Assembly (NCBI GenBank): GCA_030390025.1
Contig: CM059432.1
Coordinates: forward strand, 141,920,001 to 141,984,000
Origin: Squalus acanthias
Lineage: Eukaryota
Reading direction: 5' to 3'
Length of the DNA: 64,000 bases
Under the pieces are notes generated by a model that saw only the letters and a list, made by a program, of their open reading frames with translations, was not told where the DNA came from and made no database searches. Shown here piece after piece: positions 24,327-36,215 of this stretch. The translations under genes and the position numbers were made by a program. The first letter of the stretch is position 1. Every line of letters begins with the position of its first letter.

Positions 24327-25338
24327 GAGCCACGTGTTCGATGACGTCACAAACTATCGACAACGCGGCGAGCCAAGTGATCGATGGCGTCACAAACTAT
24401 CGACAATTCGGCGAGCCACGTGATCGATGACGTCACAAACGATCGACAACGCAGCGAGCCAAGTGATCGATGATGTCACAAACTAGCGACAACGCGGCGA
24501 GCCACGTGATCGATGACGTCACAAACGATCGACAATGCAGCGAGCCAAGTGATCGCTGACGTCACAAACTATCGACAACGCAGCGAGCCAAGTGCTCGAT
24601 GACAGCACAAACTATCGACAACGCAGCGCGCCAAGTGCTCGATGACAGCACAAACTATCGACAACGCAGCGAGCCAAGTGCTCGATGACAGCACAAACTA
24701 TCGACAACGCAGCGCGCCAAGTGCTCGATGACAGCACAAACTATCGACAACGCAGCGAGCCAAGTGCTCGATGACGTCACAAACTATCGACAACGCAGCG
24801 AGCCAAGTGCTCGATGACGTCACAAACTATCGACAACGCAGCGAGCCAAGTGCTCGCTGACGTCACAAACTATGGACAACGCAGCGAGCCAAGTGCTCGA
24901 TGACGTCACAAACTATCGACAACGCGGCGAGCCAAGTGCTCGATGACGTCACAAACTATGGACAACGCAGCGAGCCAAGTGCTCGCTGACGTCACAAACT
25001 ATTGACAACGCAGCGAGCCAAGTGCTCGCTGACGTCACAAACTATTGACAACACAGGAGCCAAGTGATCGCTGACGTCACAAACTATTGACAACGCAGCG
25101 AGCCAAGTGCTCGCTGACGTCACAAACTATCGACAACGCGGCGAGCCAAGTGCTCGATGACGTCACAAACTATGGACAACGCAGCGAGCCAAGTGATCGC
25201 GGACGTCACAAACTATTGACAACGCGGCGAGCCAAGTGATCGCTGACGTCACAAACTATTGACAACGCAGCGAGCCAAGTGCTCGCTGACGTCACAAACT
25301 ATTGACAACGCGGCGGGCCAAGTGATCGCTGACGTCAC
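24327..25338. repeat. 43-bp CpG-rich minisatellite, ~24 units, CRE-containing
   Basis: Unit GAGCCAAGTG(A/C)TCG(A/C)TGACGTCACAAACTATCGACAACGCAGC; first two unit starts at 24327 and 24370. Confidence 0.95.
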
Positions 25339-25619
25339 GGTGCCTATTGCCCTCTTTATATTCGCACCATTTCCACCACCCGAGGTCACAAACCGGCATT
25401 GTCCAATGAATCACAAAGTTTTAAAGGTACTCGGAATAAACACTGAAGGGGGCACGATGGCACCGTTTGGAGCAGGGCCGCATTTGGTGACGACAATGCT
25501 GAGTACATAAATGAAGCGAGTGCCTGACGTTGAGCCAAAAGGAACGACTCCGGCTCCCTGCCCCGTTTCATTATCAATTCCCTTCACAGAGTGAAAATTC
25601 GAGTAGTAACAAAAATCCA

Positions 25620-25798
25620 CTTGGCGTTTAAATTTAAAATATGTCCGGAGTTGCTGCAGGTCTCACGCAGCCAATAGCCTTCGGCCTCCTTTACCAACAT
25701 GGCTACCCACTCCTCCCAGGCCCCACGGACCCCTTCTTGTCCAGATGTCGTCTCCTTGGCGATGACGGGTGGGGCGGTGACGTCAGGTCCGGGTCAAT
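25620..25798 (+). promoter_or_regulatory. ABHD5 proximal promoter / 5' UTR (TATA-less, CpG-rich)
   Basis: CCAAT box (gcagCCAATag) 25671-25675, GC box GGGGCGG 25771-25777 and CRE TGACGTCA 25778-25785 just before the ATG. TSS not determined. Confidence 0.65.
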
Positions 25799-25827
25799 AT
25801 GGCGGCGGAATCCTCGGGAGCGGGATT
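25799..25827 (+). CDS. ABHD5: ABHD5 exon 1 (coding part, MAAESSGAG + 2 nt)
   Basis: ATG in caatATGG context, MAAE start as in vertebrate ABHD5, donor TT|gtgagt in phase 2 matching exon 2, preceded by CCAAT/GC-box/CRE elements. Confidence 0.8.
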
Positions 25828-25829
25828 GT

Positions 25830-27252
25830 GAGTAAACCCCCAAATATAATGTACTGTAATACCCCGGGACTGGGACTGAGTGAACCCCCAAATATAATGT
25901 ACAGTAATACCCCGGGACTGGACTGAGTAAACCCCCAAATATAATGTACAGTAATACCCCGGGACTGGACTGAGTAAACCCCCAAATATAATGTACAGTA
26001 ATACCCCGGGACTGGACTGAGTGAACACCCAAATATAATGTACAGTAATACCCCGGGACTGGACTGAGTAAACCCCCAAATATAATGTACAGTAATACCC
26101 CGGGACTGGACTGAGTGAACACCCAAATATAATGTACAGTAATACCCCGGGACTGGACTGAGTAAACCCCCAAATATAATGTACAGTAATACCCCGGGAC
26201 TGGGACTGAGTAAACCCCCAAATATAATGTACAGTAATACCCCGGGACTGGACTGAGTGAACACCCAAATATAATGTACAGTAATACCCCGGGACTGGGA
26301 CTGAGTAAACCCCCAAATATAATGTACAGTAATACCCCGGGACTGGACTGAGTGAACACCCAAATATAATGTACAGTAATACCCCGGGACTGGGACTGAG
26401 TGAACACCCAAATATAATGTACAGTAATACCCCGGGACTGGGACTGAGAGAACACCCAAATATAATGTACTGTAATACCCCGGGACTGGGACTGAGTGAA
26501 CACCCAAATATAATGTACAGTAATACCCCGGGACTGGACTGAGTGAACACCCAAATATAATGTACAGTAATACCCCGGGACTGGACTGAGTGAACACCCA
26601 AATATAATGTACAGTAATACCCCGGGACTGGGACTGAGAGAACACCCAAATATAATGTACTGTAATACCCCGGGACTGGGACTGAGAGAACACCCAAATA
26701 TAATGTACAGTAATACCCCGGGACTGGGACTGAGAGAACACCCAAATATAATGTACAGTAATACCCCGGGACTGGACTGAGTGAACACCCAAATATAATG
26801 TACAGTAATACCCCGGGACTGGACTGAGTGAACACCCAAATATAATGTACTGTAATACCCCGGGACTGGACTGAGAGAACACCCAAATATAATGTACAGT
26901 AATACCCCGGGACTGGACTGAGTAAACACCCAAATATAATGTACAGTAATACCCCGGGACTGGACTGAGTAAACACCCAAATATAATGTACAGTAATACC
27001 CCGGGACTGGACTGAGTAAACACCCAAATATAATGTACTGTAATACCCCGGGACTGGACTGAGTAAACACCCAAATATAATGTACTGTAATACCCCGGGA
27101 CTGGGACTGAGTGAACACCCAAATATAATGTACATAAATACCCCGGGACTGGACTGAGTGAACACCCAAATATAATGTACATAAATACCCCGGGACTGGA
27201 CTGAGTGAACACCCAAATATAATGTACAGTAATACCCCGGGACTGGACTGAG
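25830..27252. repeat. 47/48-bp minisatellite, ~30 units, at the start of ABHD5 intron 1
   Basis: Unit GAGT(A/G)AAC(C/A)CCCAAATATAATGTACAGTAATACCCCGGGACTG(G)GACT. Confidence 0.95.
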
Positions 27253-27269
27253 AAAGCGGTTAAAAAAGA

Positions 27270-27765
27270 ATACGGGTTCATGGGCTTTATAAATAGATGC
27301 ATAGAGTACAAAAGCAAGGAAGTTATGATCAACGATTATAAAACACTGGTTCGGCCTCAACTGGAGTATTGTGTCCAATTCTGGGTACCGCACTTTAGGA
27401 AGGATGTGAAGGCCTTAGAGAGGATGCAGACAAGATTTACAAGAATGGTTCCAGGGATGAGGGACTTCAGTTATGTGGATAGACTGGAGAAGCTGGGGTT
27501 GTTCTCCTTAGAGCAGAGAAGGTAGTGAGGAGATTTGATAGAGGTGTTCAAAATCATGAGGGGTCTAGACAGAGTAGATAGAGAGAAACTATTCAATCGT
27601 AGCTTTCAAAAGGGAATTAGCTAAGTACCTGAAGGAAAAAAAATTGCAGGGCTACGGGGAAAGGGCAAGGAATTGGGACTAGCTGAAGTGCGCTTGCAGA
27701 GAGCCGGCACAGGCTCAACGGGCCGAATGGCCTCCTACTGTGCTGTAACGATTCTATGATTCTAA
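27270..27765 (+). mobile_element. CR1 3' fragment
   Basis: YKTLVRPQLEYCVQFW... plus (ATTCTATG)n tail. Confidence 0.8.
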
Positions 27766-28286
27766 CTACCACATTACGCTTCCCCTCCTCTCTCCTCCCC
27801 CCCCCCCCACTGCTCTTTGGACAGCCTCCTGCTCCAAGGTGCCATGGTCTGCATTCTGGTTGTCCTTCCTGACGGTCTTTATCCTTATCCTCACAGGTAG
27901 CAAGTACATTGTACCTGTTGAATAGGATCAGTTTCTGCGGACCCTCGTTCCCTATCTCACTTGGGTTCCCCTTACTCTGCACACTATCGGTCATACCGAC
28001 CCCGTTCTGAACCTGCACCTCTACGAGATGCGACCGAGGTGTGGAGCGAACTGTCCAGATACTCCCGCCCGCCCCCGCAATGTGTCAGAGTGTCTCCAAC
28101 TCGCACCCCAGCTCAATGAAGTTGGCCCAGCCCCTGATACCTCTCTTGTACTTGTTGTGAATATACTTTTGAGTTCCTTGCTGCACCAGTTTGCATAGAG
28201 TGCCAACAAGCCCTGAGGGATTTTCAGAAAGACTCATGCCTTCTAGGCTGAATTTGATGAGTTTCCGGATTGCTGTTGACTTTCTT

Positions 28287-29043
28287 TATTCATTCATGGG
28301 ATGTGGGTGTCGCTGGCAAGGCCAGCAGTTTTGCCCATCCCTAATTTCCCTTCTTGAACCGCTGCAGTCGTGTGGTGAAGGTGTTCCCACAGTGCTGTTA
28401 GGGAGGGAGTTCCAGGATTTTGACCCAGCGACGATGAAGGATCGGCGATATACTTCTAAGTCAGGATGGTGTGCGACTTGGAGGGGAACTTGCAGGTGGT
28501 GGTGTTCCCATTCGCCTGCTGCCCTTGTCCTTCTAGGTGGAAGAGGTCGCGGGTTTGGGAGGTGCTGCCGAAGAAGCCTTGGCGAGTTGCTGCAGTGCAT
28601 CTTGTAGATGGTACACACTGCAGCCACGGTGTGCTGGTGGTGGAGGGAGTGAATGTTTAAGGTGGTGGATGGGGTGCCAATCAAGCGGGCTGCTTTGTCC
28701 TGGATGGTGTCGAGCTTCTTGAGTGTTGTTGGAGCTGCACTCATCCAGGCAAGTGGAGAGTATTCCATCACACTCCTTACTTGTGCGTTATAGATGGTGG
28801 AAAGGCTTTGGGGAGTCAGGAGGTGAGACACTCGCCACAGAATACCCAGCCTCTGACCTGCTCTTGTAGCCACAGTATTTATGTGGCTGGTCCAGTTAAG
28901 TTTCTGGTCAATGGTGATCCCCCAGGATGTTGATGATGGGGGATTCGGCGGTGGTAATGCCGTTGAATGTCAAGGGGAAGTGGCAGGACTCTCTCTTGTT
29001 GGAGATGGTCATTGCCTGGCACTTGTGTGGCGTGAATGTTACT
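28287..29043 (-). mobile_element. Non-LTR retrotransposon 3' fragment (same family as 16630-17195)
   Basis: ORF 28286-28873 RAGQRLGIL...QVRSVMEYSPLAW... Confidence 0.8.
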
Positions 29044-29498
29044 GTTTTGTGGGGATCTGATAAATTGCTACGAAGGGGAATGAATAGGGTTATGCAGGAG
29101 ACCAGATTCCAGGCCACAATTCCTGTGAGCTGGGCCACTCAGTCTTAGTGACAGGAATTGAGAACGCCAAGGCCTTTGTGCTTATGGAACTGCAAGTGTT
29201 TGAGGCATTCACAGGTTCTTGTCTGCTCAGAGGAACCTGGAGATGCACCTGTGTCAGAGTTTTGTAATTGCTGTGTTTTGAGTAAACATCGGAAGACATA
29301 ACAGTCAGTGACGGCCGATAACGTTCTATATTCAATTCGTCTGAGGCACAGTAATGATGTGATTAGTATCACTTGAAATAGGTGTGTGTTCGTAAGAAGC
29401 ACTTTGCTCGGTGGTAAATGTTGTTATCTTGCAGAATTGCTGTTGCATGTATGATAAGCACATATTTCTCAATGTTTAACTCTTTTTTCTTTTGGCAG

Positions 29499-29584
29499 GC
29501 CAGGATGGCTTCTTAGTTGGCTGCCTGCTTGGTGTCCCACGTCTTTGTCCCTTCTCAAGGATGCTGAGAATAAGATGTTACAGG
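29499..29584 (+). CDS. ABHD5: ABHD5 exon 2 (Trp-rich lipid-droplet anchor)
   Basis: tcttttttcttttggcag|G...CAGG|gtaagg, 86 nt, translates [28 protein letters not shown] (mammalian GWLTGWLPTWCPTS...EAEEKMLK). Not shown in this frame in the ORF track. Confidence 0.93.
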
Positions 29585-29823
29585 GTAAGGAGAGATTCTT
29601 TAGCACTCCTGTCTGTTGGATTTTCTTTAGATTTGTTGCTCAGTACTGGATATACATCACAGAAGTTCGAGAATTTAAAAGTGCTGCTGCATTTATACAG
29701 AGTGCTGGTCAGACCTCATTTGGAGTGCTGTGTTCAGTTTTGGGCACACTACCTTAGGATGGAGATACTGACGGAGGGGGTTAGTTGAGCATCCGTTCAC
29801 CAGGGTGATACTTGGGGCAAAGG

Positions 29824-32800
29824 ACATAAGAACATAAGAAATAGGAGCAGGAGTAGGCCATTCGGCCCCTCGAGCCTGCTCCGCCATCCAGTAAGATCAT
29901 GGCTGATCTTCTACCTCAACTCCACTTTCCTGCACTATCCCCATATCCCTTGATCCCCTTAATATTCAAAAATCTATTGATCTCTGTCTTGAATATACTC
30001 AACGACTGAGCCTCCACAGCCCAATGGGGTAGAGAATTCCAAAGATTCACCACCCTCTGAGAGAAGAAATTTCTCCTCATCTCAGTCCTAAATGGCCGAC
30101 CCCTTATTCTGAGACTGTGACCTCTGATTCTGGACTCCCCAGCCAGGGGAAACATCCTCCCTGCATCTACCCTGTCAAGCCCTGTAAGAATTTTGTATGT
30201 TTCAATGAGATCACCTCTCATACTTCTAAACTCCAGAGAATATAAGCCTAGTCTACTCAATCTCTCCTCATAGGACAATCCCCCCATCCCAGGAACCAGT
30301 CTGGTGAACCTTTGTTGCACTCCCTCTATGACAAGTATATCCTTCCTTAGGTAAGGAGACCAAAACTGCACACAACACTCCAGGTGTGGTCTCACCAGGG
30401 CCCTATATAATTGCAGTAAGACGTCTTTACTCTTATACTCAAATCCTCTTGTAATAAAGGCCAAGATACCATTTGCTTTCCTAATTGCTTGCTGTACCTG
30501 CATGTTAACTTTCAGTGATTCGTGTACAAGGACACCCTGGTCCCTCTGAACACCAACATTCCCCAATCTCTCACCATTTAAAAAATACTCTGCTTTTCTA
30601 TTTTTCCTACCAAAGTGGATAACTTCACATTTCTCCACATTATATTCCATTTGCCATGTTCTTGCCCACTCACTTAGCCTGTCTATATATTCCCTTGAAG
30701 CCTTTTTGCATCTTCCTCACAACTCACATTCCCACCCAGCTTTGTATCATCAGCAAACTTGGATATATTACATTTGGTCCCCTCATCCAAATCATTGATA
30801 TAGATTGTGAATAGCTGAGGCCCAAGCACTGATCTTTGCGGTACCCCACTAGTTACAGCCTGCTAACCCGAAAATGACCCGTTTATTCCTACTGTCCGTT
30901 AACCAATCCTCAATCCATGCTAGTATATTACCCCCAATCCCATGAGCCCTAATTTTGTTTAATAACCTCTTGTGTGGCACCTTATCGAATGCCTTCTGAA
31001 AATCCAAATACACCACATCCACTGGTTCCCCCTTATCTATTCTGCTAGTTACAACCTCAAAAAGCAAGTCAAAAAACAGATTTGTCAAACATGATTTCCC
31101 TTTCATAAATCTGTGTTGACTCTGCCCAGTCCTATTATTATTTTCTAAGTGCCCTGTTACCACATCCTTAATAATAGATTCTAGCATTTTCCCTACTGCT
31201 GATGTCAGGCTAACTGGTCTGTAGTTCCCTGTTTTCTCTCTCCCTCCTTTCTGAAATAGTGGGGTTACATTTGCCACCTTCCAATCCATGGGAACCATTC
31301 TAGAATCAATGGAATTTTGGAAAATGACAACCAATGCATCCACTATCTCTATAGCCACCTCTTTCAAAACCCTAGGATATAGGCAATCAGGTCCAAGGGA
31401 TTTATTGGCTTTCAGTCCCATTAATTTCTCGAGTACTATTTTTTTACTAATACTAACTTCTTTCAGTTCCTCATTCTCGCTAGACCCTTGGTTCTCCACT
31501 ATTTCCAGGAGGTTTTTTGCGTCTTCTTCCGTGAAGACAGACACAAAGTATTTGTTTAATTTCCCAGCCATTTCCTTATTCCCCATTATAATTTCTCCTG
31601 TCTCAGCCTGTAAGGGACCCACATTTACTTTCGCTAATCTTTTCCTTTGTACATACCTATAGAAGCTTTTACAGTCTGTGTTTATGTCTCTCACTAGTTT
31701 ACTCTCATATTCTATTTTCCCTTTATCAATTTCTGGTCCTCCTTTGCTGAATTCTAAAATCCTCCCAATCCTCAGGGTTACTGCTCTTTTTGGCAACATT
31801 ATAAGCCTCTTCCTTTGATCTAATACCATCTTTAACGTCTCTTGTTAACCACGGTTGGACCACTTTTCCTGTGGGGTTTTTGTGCCTTAAAGGAATGTAT
31901 ATTTATTGTAAATGATGTATTAATTCTATAAATGCTAGCCATTGCTTGTCTACCGTCATACCTTTTAATATAGTTTCCCAATCTACCTTAGCCAACTCGC
32001 CCCTCATATCTACGTAGTTTGCTTTGTTTAGATTTAAGACCCAAAATCACTTTCAAACTTAATATAAAATTCTACATATTACGGTCACTCATCTCTAAGG
32101 GCCCCTTTACTACAAGGTTATTAATTAACCCTTTCTCATTGCACAATACTAGATCTAAAATAACCTGTTCCCTAGTTGTTTCCTCAACATACTGAGCTAG
32201 AAAACTTTTGTATACATTCCATGAATTCGTCCTCCACACTATTACTGCAAATTTGGTTTGCCCAGTCTATATGTAGATTAAAATCCCCCATGATTACTGT
32301 ATTACCCTTATTACATGCACCTCTAATTTCCTGATTTATACTCTGCCCTACATTGCAACTACTCTTTGGGGGCCTGTAAACAACTCCCACCAATGTATTT
32401 TGCCCCTTGCTGTTTCTTAGCTCCACCCAAACTGATTCTACTTCTTGATTTTTGGAGCCAAGATCCTTTCTCTCTACTGTCTTTATCCCATCCTTTATTA
32501 TCAGGGCTACCCCTCCTCCAATTCCATTTTGCCTATCTCTTCTAAAAGTTAAGTATCCTGGAATATTTGGCCACTTTGCAATCATGTCTCCGTAATGGCT
32601 ATTAGATCAAACCTATTAATTTCTACCTCTGCTATTAATTCATCTGTTTTGTTGCGAATGCTTCGCTCATTCAGATATAATGCCTTTAGCTTTGAATTTT
32701 TTCTATTTTTCCCTGATGTCACCTTAGTCACTGATGCCCTATTTCCTTTGTTACTCTCTCTGTCCCTTCCTGATCCACTCTGCTTATTTTTACCCAAAAC

Positions 32801-33560
32801 TCTGCTCTGCTCTAGAGCCTTGACATTTCTCTTGCTGCTTTTAAATTTACTCTTTCCTGAATCCTCCCACCCCCACTTCATTAGTTTAAAGCCCTGTCTA
32901 CTGCCCTAGTTATTCGATTCGCCAGGACACTGGTTCCAGCCCGGTTTAAGTGGAGCCCGTCCCAATGGAACAGCTCCCTCTTTCCCCAGTACAGGTGCCA
33001 CTCCCACACCACTCTTTGAGCCATGCATTTAATCTTCGAGTCTGCTTATCCCTATGCCAGTTGGCGCGTGGCTCAGGTAACAATCCAGAGATTATTACCT
33101 TTTGAGGTTCTGCTTTTTAATTGGACGCCAACTCCTCAAACTCTCTCAGCAGAACCTCATTCCTAGTCCTACCTATGTCGTTGGTTCCTGTGTGGACCAC
33201 GACAACTGGATCCTCCCCTTCCCACTCCAAGTTCTTCTCCAGCCACAAGGAGATGTCTTTAACCCTGGCACCGGGCAGGCAACACAACCTTCGGAACTCC
33301 TGGTCGCGGCTGCAGAGAACAGTATCTATATCCCCCTAACTATACTGTCCCCTGCCACAACTACATTCCCTTTCACTCCCCGCACTTGAATGGCCTCCTG
33401 CACCATGGTCAGCTTGCTCATCCATCCTGCAGGCTTTTCCCTCAGACTCCAGCTCAACAACTCTGAGCTGAAGTTCCTCAAGATGCAGGCACTTACTGCA
33501 AACGTGGTTGTCCGGGATCACAATGCTCTCCACAAACTCCCATATGCTGCCGTTGAGGCA
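29824..33560 (-). mobile_element. CR1 LINE, long degenerate copy in ABHD5 intron 2
   Basis: RT fragments 29916-31829, endonuclease fragments 32184-32881, ORF1 esterase and Cys-rich remnants ~32930-33560. Confidence 0.9.
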
Positions 33561-35566
33561 CACCAGCTGCACTGCCATCCCTATATGACCTTGTTCTATT
33601 TAATTAAATTTGTACTTAAGTAACTTAGATTACAGTTTAGTTTCTTGACTACTTAATTGATCTAGATTAAGTTATGGGTAATGAAATTAAATATCTACCT
33701 GTATCACAAAGCACTACAAGTAGTGTAGGCAAAAAGCAGCAACTCCTTCCCCTCTTCTCCAAATTCACAAATGAAACACAGTGTTTATGTGCACTCTGTT
33801 TAAAGGGTCAGAGCTATGATGAGGGACTAGGCAAACTTGGCTTAATTCCCTGCAGATGAGCAGGTTAAGAGTGATATGAGTGAGGTGTTTTAAAAAAAAT
33901 GATGGAATAGATGACTCCTCTCTCCAGTAGGGGAATCCACAAGAAGGGGACATAATGTTAGAATTTGAGCTAAACTGGTTAACAGTGAATCTGGGAAATC
34001 TTCTTTACACAAAGGGTTGGAAGTATTTGGTTGAAGTAGGTAGGCATAAGTACATAACGGTTACTGTGCTGATACGCCAATGGAAATGTCATCTATGCCA
34101 AGTAACCGGTTGTGGTCAAGTGGTGGAGATATGGGAATGGATGGTTATATTGGAGTTTTGCTTGGTTAGTTTTGTTTGACGGGCTCAGTACTCAGCAGGC
34201 TCCCATGCTTTCTCATGTTGTTGAGTTTACCTAGCGCAAGAGGACATTGTATTGGTTGAGCAACTAAACCATTCCAATAGCACTGTTGAAAATGGTCCCC
34301 TACCTTGTTTGATTGTCCCTGCTACACACCATCCAGTTCTACCTACACTGAAAACTGTACTTAAGGGTCTTTTATTCCGAAAGGGAAGAAAGACAAGGAC
34401 AAATTATCTTGTGGCAGTTAAACCTCAAAAGTTATCTTCGATTAGTTTACCATTCAAACAGCGTCATTGTACTGTAACCTATTGAGTAGAATTGGCCTAC
34501 ATTCTCTTTAGTTTAGAAGAATGAGAAGTGATCTCACTGAAACGTATAAAATTCTTAGCGAGCTTGACAGGGTAGATGCTGAGAGGGTGTTTCCCCTGGC
34601 TGGAGAGTCTAGAACTAGGGGTCATAGACTCAGGATAAGGGGTCAGCCATTTAGGACTGAGACGAGGAGAAATTCCTTCACTCAGAAGGTTGCGAATCTT
34701 TGGAATTCTCTACCCCAAACGGCTATGGATGCTCAGTCGATGAGTATATTCAAGACTGAGATTGATAGATTCTTGGGCACTAAGGGAATCAAGGGATATG
34801 GGAACAGGGCGGGAAAGTGGTGTTGAGGCAGAAGTTCAGCCATGATCTTATTGAATGACGGAGCAGGCTCGATGGGCCATGTGGCCTACTCCTGCTCCTA
34901 TTTCTTACATTCTTAACCTGCTACGCATGAAGTTCGAGGCTACGGTGCTGCTTTGCACTTCCTCGAGTTTACAAGCTCCATAGGTTGCTGGATTTTCCTT
35001 CGGTAACTTGTCTAGTTTGTTTTTTTCCTACTCTCACTCAATTTAGATAAGCTTTGGGAGTTTCAGAAACATCAAGGAAGTTGCAGATTTCTCAGTTATG
35101 TCCCAAATTCAGATGCAGGAAATTCCCTGTACATGAAGGAATTCAATATCTCCTGCACAAAAAAAACAGAAGTATTAGATGCAAAGGGTAGGGAGCTATA
35201 CTTCCAGGGCACTTTGCAAAAAAGGATGGCTGCATATTGGATGCACTGGGTAAAATGTATCCATCGGCACAAATTGGGCACTAAGGGAATCGAGGGATAT
35301 GGGAATAGGCCGGGAAAGTGGAGTTGAGGTAGAAGATCAGCCATGATCTTATTGAATGACGGAGCAGGCTTGATTGTCTGAACAATCCAGTCTGTAAAAG
35401 AGCTTTGGGCTTAATGGGTTTTAAATGGACTAAATTAGATTAAGCTGAATCTCCAAATCCAAGTTGGATTGCTGATTCATCAGCCTATTGTTTGGCTAAT
35501 GTGCTAAGTTCAGAAAGTGTTGAAAAAAGCAGATCAAATTGATTTTAACTACTTTATATTTTGCAG

Positions 35567-35939
35567 GTGTCAGAAGTAAATTTACGAAAGAGTATGTTTC
35601 GGTACCAAGTGGCAACAAGATATGGACACTAATATTCAGTCAGGATGTGCCGAACAAAACTCCACTTGTTCTGATTCATGGATTTGGAGGGGGAGTTGGA
35701 CTTTGGACTTTGAACTTTGATGCACTCAGCCTCCAACGCACCGTGTATGCTTTTGACCTTGTGGGATTTGGTCAAAGTAGTAGGCCGCATTTCAGCAGTG
35801 ATTCAGAACTGGCAGAAATACAGTTTGTGGAGTCTATAGAGGAATGGAGGGCAAAGGTGGGAATGGAGCAAATGATTTTATTGGGACATAACCTTGGAGG
35901 CTATTTGGCTGCATCGTACACAATTAAATACCCACAAAG
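35567..35939 (+). CDS. ABHD5: ABHD5 exon 3 (HGFGGG oxyanion loop; GHNLG nucleophile elbow)
   Basis: ttttgcag|...AAG|gtaggt, 373 nt, [17 protein letters not shown]...[12 protein letters not shown]...[11 protein letters not shown]. Asn in place of the catalytic Ser is the ABHD5 hallmark (ABHD4 has GHSLG). Confidence 0.96.
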
Positions 35940-36215
35940 GTAGGTAGAAAACATTTTGTACAAGTAACAGGTTTGAAGAATTAGCAGGAAGAGGCAAATT
36001 TGGAGGGTTTCAGCAAGTAGTTTTGATAAATCACAAGTTTCTATTTATCTCTACCACTCCAAAACTTGAAGTAAAAATTTCTTGTTTAATCTATATTTTC
36101 TGCTCATGATTGCCACTAATTGCCTGACAGGTTACTTCCGCCAAGAGTCTGGACTGTAGATAACCCTTGTTCTCAGTCAATGGACGGCAGATTCTGATTA
36201 ATTCTCAGTCAATGG

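Noticed and set aside
24327..25338. CRISPR-like appearance of the 43-bp array
   Set aside because: Units are contiguous with no unique spacers, there are no cas genes, and the context is vertebrate.
25703..27393. Three 488-536 aa minus-strand ORFs
   Set aside because: Translations of a stop-free 47/48-bp repeat, open in all three frames.
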